The notes under the pieces are model-generated. The model saw nothing but the letters and a program-made list of their open reading frames with translations. It searched no databases and was not told where the DNA came from. From IMG/VR virus record IMGVR_UViG_3300023296_001674: 25,260 nucleotides of DNA; one strand, given 5' to 3'. Position 1 is the first letter of the stretch, and each line of letters begins with the position of its first letter. The stretch is from a virus. The position numbers and the translations under genes are program-made. This document shows positions 15,779 to 23,634 of the stretch, in pieces.

Positions 15779-16024
15779 ATGGATGATTATGATAAAATGT
15801 TTGATAATATGATAGAAGGATTCAAATCTGGTAGATTTAATGCTAAGGATTGGAATTTTTGTATTGATATAAATCTTGCTAATAAAAAAGATGTTTATGA
15901 TGGTTATATCATGGGAACTGGTGCTGAACAATGCGCTGGTTGTAAATCGTTTTCGACAAGGGAAGAACTTGTTGATTTGTTTACCAAAGTAGGCGCAAGG
16001 TTTATAATGAATGGAGTTGGTTGA
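15779..16024 (+). CDS. hypothetical protein (81 aa)
   Basis: SD tggaga upstream of ATG. Confidence 0.55.
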   Translation: MDDYDKMFDNMIEGFKSGRFNAKDWNFCIDINLANKKDVYDGYIMGTGAEQCAGCKSFSTREELVDLFTKVGARFIMNGVG

Positions 16025-16329
16025 TGGCACCTCATAGAGTACGACAATTGCATCGACCACGAAAAAAACCATATGGATTTGAAATATATGAAGATTCAAC
16101 ACCACTTAGTCTTGCCAATATTAGAAAGTGGTGCAAAAGTGTTATTGGTAATCTCGGCGAGCCACGCGGATGGTCATTAAAAGATGATACCATTTATATT
16201 AGAGGTCAAAAACGTGGTGGAAAACCCATGATTTATTTTATGGAAGAAAAACACGCTTTAGCATTTAAAAAAATGATAAACACAACAAATGTTGATGATA
16301 TACTTCTTTTTAAATTTATGTATTATTAA
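16021..16329 (+). CDS. hypothetical protein (102 aa), tandem paralog A
   Basis: Shares R.RQ..RPR..PY.F.IY.D...W...IYFM......AFK with the next ORF; ATGA overlap. Confidence 0.55.
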   Translation: MMAPHRVRQLHRPRKKPYGFEIYEDSTPLSLANIRKWCKSVIGNLGEPRGWSLKDDTIYIRGQKRGGKPMIYFMEEKHALAFKKMINTTNVDDILLFKFMYY

Positions 16330-16586
16330 TGGCAAACCGAATAAGACAAATGGTTCGCCCTAGAATAATGCCGTATGCGTTTAAAATTTATAGTGATTTT
16401 ATGGATCGACGTAATGTACATAAAGATCACAACAAACAAATGGCAATATATGGATGGGTTAAAGACACGTTTGGTGAATCTAACTATGATGTATGGACTT
16501 CGCGGCGTGAACCCACACGATATGCAACAATGATATATTTTATGGATGATACATCCGCCATGGCATTTAAGCTGCAATGGATGTAA
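16329..16586 (+). CDS. hypothetical protein (85 aa), tandem paralog B
   Basis: Paralog of 16021-16329; TAATG overlap. Confidence 0.55.
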   Translation: MANRIRQMVRPRIMPYAFKIYSDFMDRRNVHKDHNKQMAIYGWVKDTFGESNYDVWTSRREPTRYATMIYFMDDTSAMAFKLQWM

Positions 16587-16799
16587 ATAAAGCGTGATGA
16601 TCGGGTATCTAGTTCGATTTTTATCGGGATACCAAAATTTTTAACCCAAATAATAGGAGTTCGACATGAAAACGGGATAACTTAGCGGCGGTTTGCCGCA
16701 CACATGGATTACAGCTAAAATCAAGAAATTTAAACTTTAATTAAGGAGATACACAATGAGTAATGAAAACTCAAGGGTATCGCAGAAAGTTTAGACAGT

Positions 16800-17129
16800 A
16801 TGGATAAAGCTGCGCTAAAAACACTTTCCGATACTCTTAATCGGATATGGGGAATCCCTGAACCAAGGGTCTATTATCCGAATAAACATTTCGAAAAACC
16901 TGAACCAGTTGAACAGACAATGTTCTCAGTGTTCATTCTTGACGCTGGTCCTAAACGGATTAACGTCATTAAAGAAATCAGATCAATCTTAGGATTGACC
17001 CTGAAAGAATCAAAGGATTTTGTTGATAATATAGACAAGAGCCTTGTTCAAGAAGACTTAGAAAAATGGGATGCAGATGCATTAGCCGAAACATTATCAA
17101 ATGTTGGAGCAACTGTTGAAGTTTCTTAA
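16800..17129 (+). CDS. ribosomal protein bL12 (L7/L12) C-terminal-domain homolog fused to a novel N-terminal segment (109 aa)
   Basis: FSVFILDAGPKRINVIKEIRSILGLTLKESKDFVDN...DADALAETLSNVGATVEV matches the bL12 CTD pattern. Confidence 0.6.
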   Translation: MDKAALKTLSDTLNRIWGIPEPRVYYPNKHFEKPEPVEQTMFSVFILDAGPKRINVIKEIRSILGLTLKESKDFVDNIDKSLVQEDLEKWDADALAETLSNVGATVEVS

Positions 17130-17172
17130 AATATACCAGTTTGGTGTCTGGGGTATAAACAAAACACCACCT

Positions 17173-17225
17173 TCCTCTTTCGTATAGTGGTTATGATCTT
17201 TGTGTCGCAATCAGAGGACGATTTT
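17173..17225 (+). pseudogene. tRNA 5' fragment (D-arm plus anticodon arm, no T-arm), diverged copy of the tRNA at 17331
   Basis: ttcgtatagtggttatgatctttgtgtcgcaatcagaggacg versus ttcgtatagtggtcattatctctgtgtcgtactcagaggacgg. Confidence 0.3.
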
Positions 17226-17241
17226 TTGTGGAGGCAATTAT

Positions 17242-17325
17242 GCGCGTAGCCGGTATGTTGGTACTACCACTGGTCTTCCAAACCAGCGCGAAAGCATTGG
17301 GGTTTGATTCCCCCTACCCGCTCCA
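17242..17325 (+). tRNA. tRNA, anticodon UCC (Gly-like), with an 11-nt extended variable region (84 nt)
   Basis: Acceptor gcgcgta/tacccgc 6/7, D-stem ggta/tacc, anticodon stem ctggt/accag, loop cttccaa, T-arm ggggTTTGATTcccc. Confidence 0.6.
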
Positions 17326-17330
17326 ATCAA

Positions 17331-17405
17331 GCCCCATTCGTATAGTGGTCATTATCTCTGTGTCGTACTCAGAGGACGGCAGTTCGATTCCGCCATGGGG
17401 CACCA
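17331..17405 (+). tRNA. tRNA, anticodon CGU-like (Thr); 9-nt loop alternative
   Basis: Acceptor gccccat/atggggc perfect, anticodon stem ctctg/cagag, T-loop TTCGATT, CCA encoded. Confidence 0.65.
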
Positions 17406-17471
17406 ATTACATATTGCATTATATCCTATTTTTTTATATAATAAATAAAAAGAACAATAGGACACGAAACT

Positions 17472-18023
17472 ATGCGCGGAACATTAGAAGTGATTACTGG
17501 CCCAATGTTTGCCGGTAAGACGACAGAAATAATAAAACGATTATTATGGTCAAAACATCAAGGTAAATCAACAATTATATACAAACCAGCAATGGATGAT
17601 AGATATAGTGAAACTGAAATAGTTACACATACCAAATTTTCATACGAAGCAACATCCATCATTGATAGTTTTAATATCAATCCAACATACGATCATTATT
17701 TTTTTGATGAAATACAGTTTCATGATAAAAATATTGTTCCATCTATAACTAAATTATTAGATGAAGGAAAAAATGTAACGGTGGCTGGTTTAGACGCTGA
17801 TTATAAAGGTGTTGCATTTGCGAACACTGCTACGTTAATGGCGATGGCAGACGAAGTATTTAAGATAAAATCGCATTGTAGTTTATGTGGCAAAGATGCT
17901 GCTAAAACATTTAAAACTGGTTCGACAAGCGACCAGCGCATAGAATTGGGTGAAAATGACTTATACCGTGCCAGATGTAATGAGCATTGGTATGTATCAG
18001 GAACTGACGATAGTTTTTCTTGA
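17472..18023 (+). CDS. tdk: thymidine kinase (TK1 family)
   Basis: P-loop GPMFAGKTTE, C-terminal CxxC...CxxH zinc ribbon; SD agga. Confidence 0.8.
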   Translation: MRGTLEVITGPMFAGKTTEIIKRLLWSKHQGKSTIIYKPAMDDRYSETEIVTHTKFSYEATSIIDSFNINPTYDHYFFDEIQFHDKNIVPSITKLLDEGKNVTVAGLDADYKGVAFANTATLMAMADEVFKIKSHCSLCGKDAAKTFKTGSTSDQRIELGENDLYRARCNEHWYVSGTDDSFS

Positions 18024-18048
18024 CAATATTTTTTATATAGCATATAAT
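18020..18048 (+). promoter_or_regulatory. sigma70-like promoter TTGACA-N17-TATAAT
   Basis: TTGACA 18020-18025, TATAAT 18043-18048, upstream of the desaturase gene. Confidence 0.6.
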
Positions 18049-18079
18049 GTTAGTATACAAAATTTTTAGGAGATATTAA

Positions 18080-19063
18080 ATGGATAACAACAATTACAAC
18101 GATTTAAAACAGCGTTTGGTTAATGCAGGATGTTTCGAACGAGCGACATCGCATTATGTTCTACGTATTACAGCAATTCTAATTGCTTATGTGGGAGCAT
18201 ATTTTGTTCTGCTTACACAGCCACTAGGATTGGTTGCAGTGGGTGCATTGATTATTGCAGCCTTTGCCAGCGTTCAGGCTGGTTTCATTTCACACGATGC
18301 TGGTGATGGCGGTATTACATCAAATAAGATGCTATCTACCGGTATGCGACAATTCTTTTTATCGTTTGTTACTGGTGTGAGTAGTTCATATTTTCATGCA
18401 CTACATAAAGTGCATCACAAAACAATGTTTAAAGGATCATCGAAATCATCCGACACAGTTTCAGAAAATGAATACGAAGGCAAATGGTTGAAGAAATTAG
18501 TTTCACGTGATGGTTTGTTATTCATGGTAACGATGGTTACATTACGGGGATTCACATTCAAATTTGAAAGTGTAAAATATATGCTTAAACACGCCAATAA
18601 AACCGCCGCAGATCAACTGTTGGTGGGATTGCACGTTGTAGCATGGCTGATCGTTCCAATGATGATTATTGGACCAGTAGCCATTCTAAACTATGCATTA
18701 TTGACGTTGTTGATTGGACCTTATATCGGAACGGTATTGGTTATTAATCATGCCGGTATGGTAACAGCAAACCGACAAATGCATTTGCCTAAATTTGAAC
18801 GCGTAGTAAATACTACACGCAATCTTGGTGACGGCGTTTGGAACAATCTGTTCTTCGGTGGTGTAAACAACCATATTGAACACCATTTGTTTCCGGGTGT
18901 GCCAGTGCCAAATCTAGGTGAAGCTAGAAAGATTACTGAAGCCTTTTGTGAAGAACGTGGTATTAAATACACCAAAGCTTCATATTTCAGCGCATTAATC
19001 GAAGCCAAAGACCATTTCAAGGGTTTGTCTTCACAGAGATTAGTTGCTGAAGCACTCAACTAA
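18080..19063 (+). CDS. membrane fatty-acid-desaturase-family protein (desaturase / carotenoid-ketolase-like His boxes)
   Basis: HDAGD, HKVHH and HIEHHLFPGVP boxes with several TM segments; SD aggag. Confidence 0.65.
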   Translation: MDNNNYNDLKQRLVNAGCFERATSHYVLRITAILIAYVGAYFVLLTQPLGLVAVGALIIAAFASVQAGFISHDAGDGGITSNKMLSTGMRQFFLSFVTGVSSSYFHALHKVHHKTMFKGSSKSSDTVSENEYEGKWLKKLVSRDGLLFMVTMVTLRGFTFKFESVKYMLKHANKTAADQLLVGLHVVAWLIVPMMIIGPVAILNYALLTLLIGPYIGTVLVINHAGMVTANRQMHLPKFERVVNTTRNLGDGVWNNLFFGGVNNHIEHHLFPGVPVPNLGEARKITEAFCEERGIKYTKASYFSALIEAKDHFKGLSSQRLVAEALN

Positions 19064-19073
19064 GGGAAACTAT

Positions 19074-19550
19074 ATGTTTAAATTTAATGTATGTAATTAC
19101 AGTGATTCACTGTATTCAATGGACAACTATACCAAGGCTATTGGTATAGTTGATCCAGATGAAAAAGTAACACCATCAGAAAAATATCATGTTGCACGAT
19201 GCCACGATATAGTAATGCAGGAACACCCTTGGGTGGCTCCCACAATAGACCAGTTTGTCGCAATTATGAATTTTGCAGAAGATTTTACAGACGATGATGT
19301 TGTAATGATTCATTGCTCTGCTGGTATATCACGCAGCACTGCAACTGCCATATTGTTATTAATGTTGCATGGCGCTGACGAAGAAGAAGCATTTAATGCT
19401 GTTGAACAAAATAGACCAAACATGAATCCAAACACATTGATTCTTCGCTTTGCTGATGAATTATTAGGAATGGATGGCGGTTTGATTGAATATCATAAAC
19501 AATGGATGGCGAAACGGGTTATTAAACCAGTTAGTTTCGCAGGACAATAA
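19074..19550 (+). CDS. dual-specificity (Cys-based) protein phosphatase
   Basis: CX5R signature HCSAGISRS; SD aaggga before the ATG at 19074 (ORF track start 19044 is less likely). Confidence 0.7.
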   Translation: MFKFNVCNYSDSLYSMDNYTKAIGIVDPDEKVTPSEKYHVARCHDIVMQEHPWVAPTIDQFVAIMNFAEDFTDDDVVMIHCSAGISRSTATAILLLMLHGADEEEAFNAVEQNRPNMNPNTLILRFADELLGMDGGLIEYHKQWMAKRVIKPVSFAGQ

Positions 19551-19562
19551 AAAGGAAATAAT

Positions 19563-19697
19563 ATGCATCGCGATAAATTAAAAACAGACCCAGCCAATAA
19601 AGAGTATATTGACGGTTGGAATAGAATCTTCAATAAAAAAGAAGAAGTAGTTAAACCAAAAAAGAAAACGGCTAAGAAAAAACCTGCTAAGAAATAA
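19563..19697 (+). CDS. small lysine-rich protein (44 aa), absent from the ORF track
   Basis: Strong SD aaaagga upstream of ATG; MHRDKLKTDPANKEYIDGWNRIFNKKEEVVKPKKKTAKKKPAKK. Confidence 0.45.
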   Translation: MHRDKLKTDPANKEYIDGWNRIFNKKEEVVKPKKKTAKKKPAKK

Positions 19698-19704
19698 AAT
19701 TCTA

Positions 19705-19732
19705 TTGACATATATCAACAATAGTGTATTAT
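19705..19732 (+). promoter_or_regulatory. sigma70-like promoter TTGACA-N16-TATTAT
   Basis: TTGACA 19705-19710, TATTAT 19727-19732. Confidence 0.5.
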
Positions 19733-19738
19733 TAACTT

Positions 19739-19987
19739 ATGATAGATTTAGGATACATATTGGTAGCATTCATATGCTCTACCCCGATTGATACACCAGA
19801 TGGGCACCACAAGTGCTACAGTGGTTCATACGGATGGCATGCGACTGTTAGCCAATGTAGGGCTGCTGGCAAGGAGAAGCTAGCAGTATGGGAACAGCAC
19901 GGCTTACGTTTAGTCGCGGGAGTATGTAGAACACCCTTACCAGACGATGTTGAATATGAACAAGCGAGAAAAGAAAAATCATTTTAA
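19739..19987 (+). CDS. hypothetical protein (82 aa)
   Basis: ORF downstream of a consensus promoter. Confidence 0.5.
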   Translation: MIDLGYILVAFICSTPIDTPDGHHKCYSGSYGWHATVSQCRAAGKEKLAVWEQHGLRLVAGVCRTPLPDDVEYEQARKEKSF

Positions 19988-20000
19988 AAGGATATTATGA

Positions 20001-20279
20001 ATGAATAAAATTTATGAATTTCATTGGGAAGTTGGTAGAATGGGTGACGTTGAAGGTTTGTTCGTTGCCGATGATGCTGACGTTGCTAATTTGATCGGTA
20101 AAGAAATTTACTTTGGTGAAATTCTTGGAAAACATTCCGAAGTTTATGGAACGTTGGAAAAGGGCGATCTTGTTGTGAAATCAGATGATCCAGAATTTGT
20201 TGAAAAATTCATCGAAATAATGGGTTACGGAACAGTATCTGGTTATAATCCATTTGATTATTATGATCCAGATCAATAA
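20001..20279 (+). CDS. hypothetical acidic protein (92 aa)
   Basis: SD aaagga upstream of ATG. Confidence 0.55.
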   Translation: MNKIYEFHWEVGRMGDVEGLFVADDADVANLIGKEIYFGEILGKHSEVYGTLEKGDLVVKSDDPEFVEKFIEIMGYGTVSGYNPFDYYDPDQ

Positions 20280-20328
20280 TAAAATATAGACAAACACTTC
20301 GTTTGGGTGTATAAATATAGAATAATAT

Positions 20329-20436
20329 TTCCAAGTAGCTCAGATGGTAGAGCGTCTGACTGTGGAACAGATGAGCCTAAAGCTTTGAAGTTCAAATTTA
20401 ATCAGAATGTCGGCGGTTCGATCCCGTCCTTGGAAG
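20329..20436 (+). tRNA. tRNA-His-like (anticodon GUG, second copy) with a structured insertion of about 40 nt in the variable position; no CCA
   Basis: Acceptor ttccaag/cttggaa perfect, D-arm GCTCAGATGGTAGAGC, loop ctgtgga, T-arm ggcggTTCGATCccgtc. Confidence 0.5.
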
Positions 20437-20575
20437 CAAATAAAAGTTTTAGGTCGTTCAATAAGCCATGTTTAGCGGCATGGTTAGGACAAGCGGGTAT
20501 AACCGCTAAATGGTATGCTGCAATCGGGGTTAACACTTATTGCAACGAGGTGAAAATCCACCCATAGAAATCAAT

Positions 20576-20667
20576 GCCTCGGTAGCTCAGAAAAGCAACG
20601 TAAGTTGTAGTGTAGTAGCAGGTGACTGAACCTCACCGTGTCGGTAGTTCGAATCTATCCTGGGGCA
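20576..20667 (+). tRNA. tRNA-like gene, 92 nt: canonical 3' two-thirds (anticodon stem ggtga/tcacc, loop ctgaacc = GAA) with about 17 extra nt between D and anticodon arms; no CCA
   Basis: Acceptor gcctcgg/ctggggc, T-arm ggtagTTCGAATctatc. Confidence 0.45.
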
Positions 20668-20711
20668 CAAATAATACAAAGGAAGATAACAATATCAAGT
20701 GAATAACATAT

Positions 20712-20787
20712 AGTTCCGTAGCTCAGTGGATAGAGCGCAACTTTGCGAAAGTTGAAGTCGGTGGTTCGATCCCACTCGGGACTGCCA
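20712..20787 (+). tRNA. tRNA, anticodon loop ttgcgaa (GCG, Arg-like, second copy)
   Basis: Acceptor agttccg/cgggact, D-arm GCTCAGTGGATAGAGC, anticodon stem caact/agttg, T-arm ggtggTTCGATCccact. Confidence 0.75.
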
Positions 20788-20806
20788 ATAACGATGAGGA
20801 TGTGAT

Positions 20807-21307
20807 ATGATCAGATTTTTTGATTACGAAGCAAGTGGATTGGACGCCGAGTCTTATCCTATTCAAGTTGCTTGGTGTGATGTGAATGGTGTTGGCGAAT
20901 CGCATTACATTATACCAAAAGATGAATGGACATATTGGGATTTTCACGCACAACGAGATGTGCATCATATTTCCAGAAGTATGCTTTATGAACAAGGAAA
21001 GCCAGTTGAAATAATCATTGAATTAATGGAAAAGGCATTGATGTGCCGTGATGTATATTGCGATGGTGGTCACTTAGATGAACATTGGCATGAACAGTTA
21101 TATGGTGATAACACCCCAACATTTTGGCTGAATGATTATTTTGCTTTTTTATATGATGTTGTAGACCCATTTAACAGAAAACCTAAATTACCGCATTTCT
21201 ATACAGAAGTGCGTGCCGCTGCTAGATTAGAATGTCCACCTACGCATGATGCCTTGGCTGATTGCCAATTTCTTGCTACTGGATATAGATTAGCAAAAGC
21301 GTTATAA
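20807..21307 (+). CDS. DEDDh-family 3'-5' exonuclease (DnaQ / RNase T / oligoribonuclease-like)
   Basis: Exo I FDYEASGLD, Exo III HDALADC; SD gagga. Confidence 0.7.
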   Translation: MIRFFDYEASGLDAESYPIQVAWCDVNGVGESHYIIPKDEWTYWDFHAQRDVHHISRSMLYEQGKPVEIIIELMEKALMCRDVYCDGGHLDEHWHEQLYGDNTPTFWLNDYFAFLYDVVDPFNRKPKLPHFYTEVRAAARLECPPTHDALADCQFLATGYRLAKAL

Positions 21308-21311
21308 CAAT

Positions 21312-21384
21312 GCCTCCGCCGCTGGGTCGGAGTTGGGACTTCTAATCCCAAACTGGATGAGTTCGATTCTCTCCGGGGGCACCA
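21312..21384 (+). tRNA. tRNA-Arg, anticodon UCU
   Basis: Acceptor gcctccg/cgggggc, 6-bp anticodon stem ttggga/tcccaa, loop cttctaa, T-loop TTCGATT. Confidence 0.65.
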
Positions 21385-21392
21385 ATATTTCC

Positions 21393-21421
21393 TTGACATT
21401 ATGATACAATTATGATACATT
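21393..21421 (+). promoter_or_regulatory. sigma70-like promoter (TTGACA, weaker -10 TACATT) spanning a tandem 11-bp direct repeat attatgataca x2
   Basis: TTGACA 21393-21398; repeat read directly. Confidence 0.35.
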
Positions 21422-21449
21422 TATCCTTTAACAGCAAGGAGTTTGTTCA

Positions 21450-21689
21450 ATGTCTAAAAAAGCAAAAAGAGAAAACGCGGCAAAACTTATTGCTGAAAAA
21501 GTAACTGCTGCTGAAAATTTAATCAAAGACGCAGAAAAAATCGCAAATAAGTATGGTTTAAGTTTTCGCCACAGTGTTGCATATGGCATGGGTGGCGAAT
21601 ATGAAGGTGACAAAAATTTACGAACAGATCGTTGGGGCGACGCTGATCCAGCAGAAGATGGATGGAGTCCTAGTTCACATAGTTGTTAA
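21450..21689 (+). CDS. small acidic protein, member 1 of a tandem triplicated family (79 aa)
   Basis: Strong SD aaggag; conserved SVAYGMGG.Y.GD ... DGWSPSS.C. Confidence 0.6.
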   Translation: MSKKAKRENAAKLIAEKVTAAENLIKDAEKIANKYGLSFRHSVAYGMGGEYEGDKNLRTDRWGDADPAEDGWSPSSHSC

Positions 21690-21698
21690 GGAGATAAA

Positions 21699-21929
21699 AT
21701 GGCAGATAAAATGACAAACGAAGAAGCAGCAAAGGCGATTTCTGAAAAAGTTTCAGAAGCATATGCTGCTATCAATGCAGCAGAATCAATAGCCGATGAA
21801 TATAAATTGGACTTTAATTTTAGTGTCGCATATGGCATGGGTGGTTATTATAACGGCGATCCAGAAGACCGCGACGACGATGATGATGAAATGAATGATG
21901 GATGGAGTCCTAGTTCACAGGGCTGCTAA
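21699..21929 (+). CDS. small acidic protein, member 2 of the tandem family (76 aa)
   Basis: SD aaggag; about 45% identical to member 1. Confidence 0.6.
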   Translation: MADKMTNEEAAKAISEKVSEAYAAINAAESIADEYKLDFNFSVAYGMGGYYNGDPEDRDDDDDEMNDGWSPSSQGC

Positions 21930-21945
21930 CAAACGGGATTAAGCG

Positions 21946-22176
21946 ATGACTGAATTTACAATGGAACAAGCTGCGCATGTTATTGCGTTAAATGTCGAAA
22001 AGATTAACAAACTGGCACAAGAAACTAAAAATCTTGCTAATGAGCATGGATTAGAGTTTGAATTACAATTGGGTGATACTACTGATGCGCCCTTGCAGTT
22101 TGACGAGAATTGGGATTCTAGCGACTGTGGTTATGATGACCCACCGCATTGGGATTCATCCGACTGTGAGTATTGA
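21946..22176 (+). CDS. small acidic protein, diverged member 3 of the tandem family (76 aa)
   Basis: Shared N-terminal A.HVIALNVEKINKLAQE..NLANEHGLEF pattern; repeated WDSSDC C-terminal motif. Confidence 0.5.
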   Translation: MTEFTMEQAAHVIALNVEKINKLAQETKNLANEHGLEFELQLGDTTDAPLQFDENWDSSDCGYDDPPHWDSSDCEY

Positions 22177-22192
22177 TTGAAAGGACATCGTT

Positions 22193-23101
22193 ATGCTTTT
22201 TATTGGGTCTACTGCATTTAAACAACATCATAATTTACCGGGAATTTTACCGAAAGATATTGATGTTATGGGAACATACGAAGATGTTTCAAAGTATGTA
22301 AAAAGTCTTCATGGTGATCTGGTTGCTGCAAGACCATTTGCGGAAGGTAAGAAATATCTTTTCGTTAAGGCTGGTGATCATAAATCACCCGAAACAATTA
22401 TTGAAGCAGAGATTGCGTGGGAAGGATCGTTAGCAGAAGAATTTATCAAATTGATGGATGATACTGCTGGACATACACGATATGCTACATTGAATGGTTT
22501 ATATACCCTTAAGATGTCGCATCGATATTTGAGAAACTCGCCACATTTTTTAAAGACAATGCGTGATATTCATTTTATGAGAACACTGAAGGCTAGAATT
22601 CCAGATGAGTTGAAGGATTTTTACAAACGGCGAATGGCAGCAACGTATGATTATTCTCATCCTAATTTGAGTGTTACGAAAAAGACATTTTTTGATGGTG
22701 ATGGTATTGATTATAAATATGACCATGATTCAATCCATGAGACAGTTAAGATTGGTGAACATCCGGCTTATTGGTATTTTAAGCCAGATACAAGTGAAGT
22801 TGCGGTAAGCAAGGATTTGTTTGAAGCACTTGATTATGAATCACGAATCAATTCGGTTTTGGAAGAGGCGTATGTTCTTGCTATTGAACGTTCACAGGTT
22901 CCACATCCGGGTGTATTAACACGTAGAAAGAGTTTTGTTCTTGCATTAAATAAAGTATGCTCAAGCATTACTTCTGGATGGTGGAGAGAGTTCGCATGGG
23001 AGAATTATGATTCTGTGTATGAACGATATGACGATTCATATATGTATCGTTTTAACGCTGGAATAGATAGTGGATTGGTAAAACCATTCAATGAGGGATA
23101 G
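22193..23101 (+). CDS. Pol-beta-superfamily nucleotidyltransferase (302 aa)
   Basis: N-terminal hG[GS]x(n)DhDh: IGSTAFKQHHNLPGILPKDIDVM; SD aaagga; TAG stop. Confidence 0.5.
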   Translation: MLFIGSTAFKQHHNLPGILPKDIDVMGTYEDVSKYVKSLHGDLVAARPFAEGKKYLFVKAGDHKSPETIIEAEIAWEGSLAEEFIKLMDDTAGHTRYATLNGLYTLKMSHRYLRNSPHFLKTMRDIHFMRTLKARIPDELKDFYKRRMAATYDYSHPNLSVTKKTFFDGDGIDYKYDHDSIHETVKIGEHPAYWYFKPDTSEVAVSKDLFEALDYESRINSVLEEAYVLAIERSQVPHPGVLTRRKSFVLALNKVCSSITSGWWREFAWENYDSVYERYDDSYMYRFNAGIDSGLVKPFNEG

Positions 23102-23103
23102 CA

Positions 23104-23352
23104 ATGATATATGTTTCTTTTTATAATTATTCATTGGATGCTTATGCAATAGTAGAAGCAGAAAACGTGGATATAGCAAAAGGCAAGTTTAAAAATTATT
23201 CTACCAGTGCTGATGGTTGGAGTAGTGGCGATGTGTTAAAATTTCCTAGAGTTAGCGTTCATGGAAATCTTTATACGATAGAAACTATTGAAGCATATAT
23301 ATCAGATACTCGTAGAAATTCAAAATCTATAGTTCTAATAAGGGATAAATAA
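23104..23352 (+). CDS. hypothetical protein (82 aa), coupled to the nucleotidyltransferase gene
   Basis: Starts 2 nt after the upstream TAG. Confidence 0.5.
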   Translation: MIYVSFYNYSLDAYAIVEAENVDIAKGKFKNYSTSADGWSSGDVLKFPRVSVHGNLYTIETIEAYISDTRRNSKSIVLIRDK

Positions 23353-23561
23353 TGAGAGATATAAATCGCATACCAGAAATTCTAGAGGCAATATATAATG
23401 CTTGGACTATTAATACTGAGTGTAGATTGGGACAAGTGCTTAATAATTCAATTCTTGGCAATCAGAGATTGGTTGATATTGAAGATGAGGAATTGCTTAA
23501 GGGGTTGAATGATTATTATGATAAATTAAATTTTAAGACGCATACAAAGGGTGACGTTTAG
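23352..23561 (+). CDS. hypothetical protein (69 aa), TAATG-coupled
   Basis: Overlapping stop/start. Confidence 0.5.
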   Translation: MRDINRIPEILEAIYNAWTINTECRLGQVLNNSILGNQRLVDIEDEELLKGLNDYYDKLNFKTHTKGDV

Positions 23562-23634
23562 GACGTTAGTCTGGGGGCAGTATAACTAGCACATCAGATA
23601 CCTGTATGTAAGGGTCATTTCAAGGAATGGCTGT

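Noticed and set aside
16600-16640. Hairpin ggtatc...gatacc containing gttcgat and ending gggataccaaaat as a mini-tRNA
   Set aside because: It is only a T-loop-like hairpin with no cloverleaf; it is probably a tRNA remnant or a processing hairpin.
17228-17518. 96-aa + strand ORF across the tRNAs at 17242 and 17331
   Set aside because: It overlaps two tRNA genes; the thymidine kinase gene has its own Shine-Dalgarno site and ATG at 17472.
20307-20567. 86-aa + strand ORF starting inside the tRNA at 20329
   Set aside because: It reads through a tRNA gene and hairpin-rich spacer and has no RBS.
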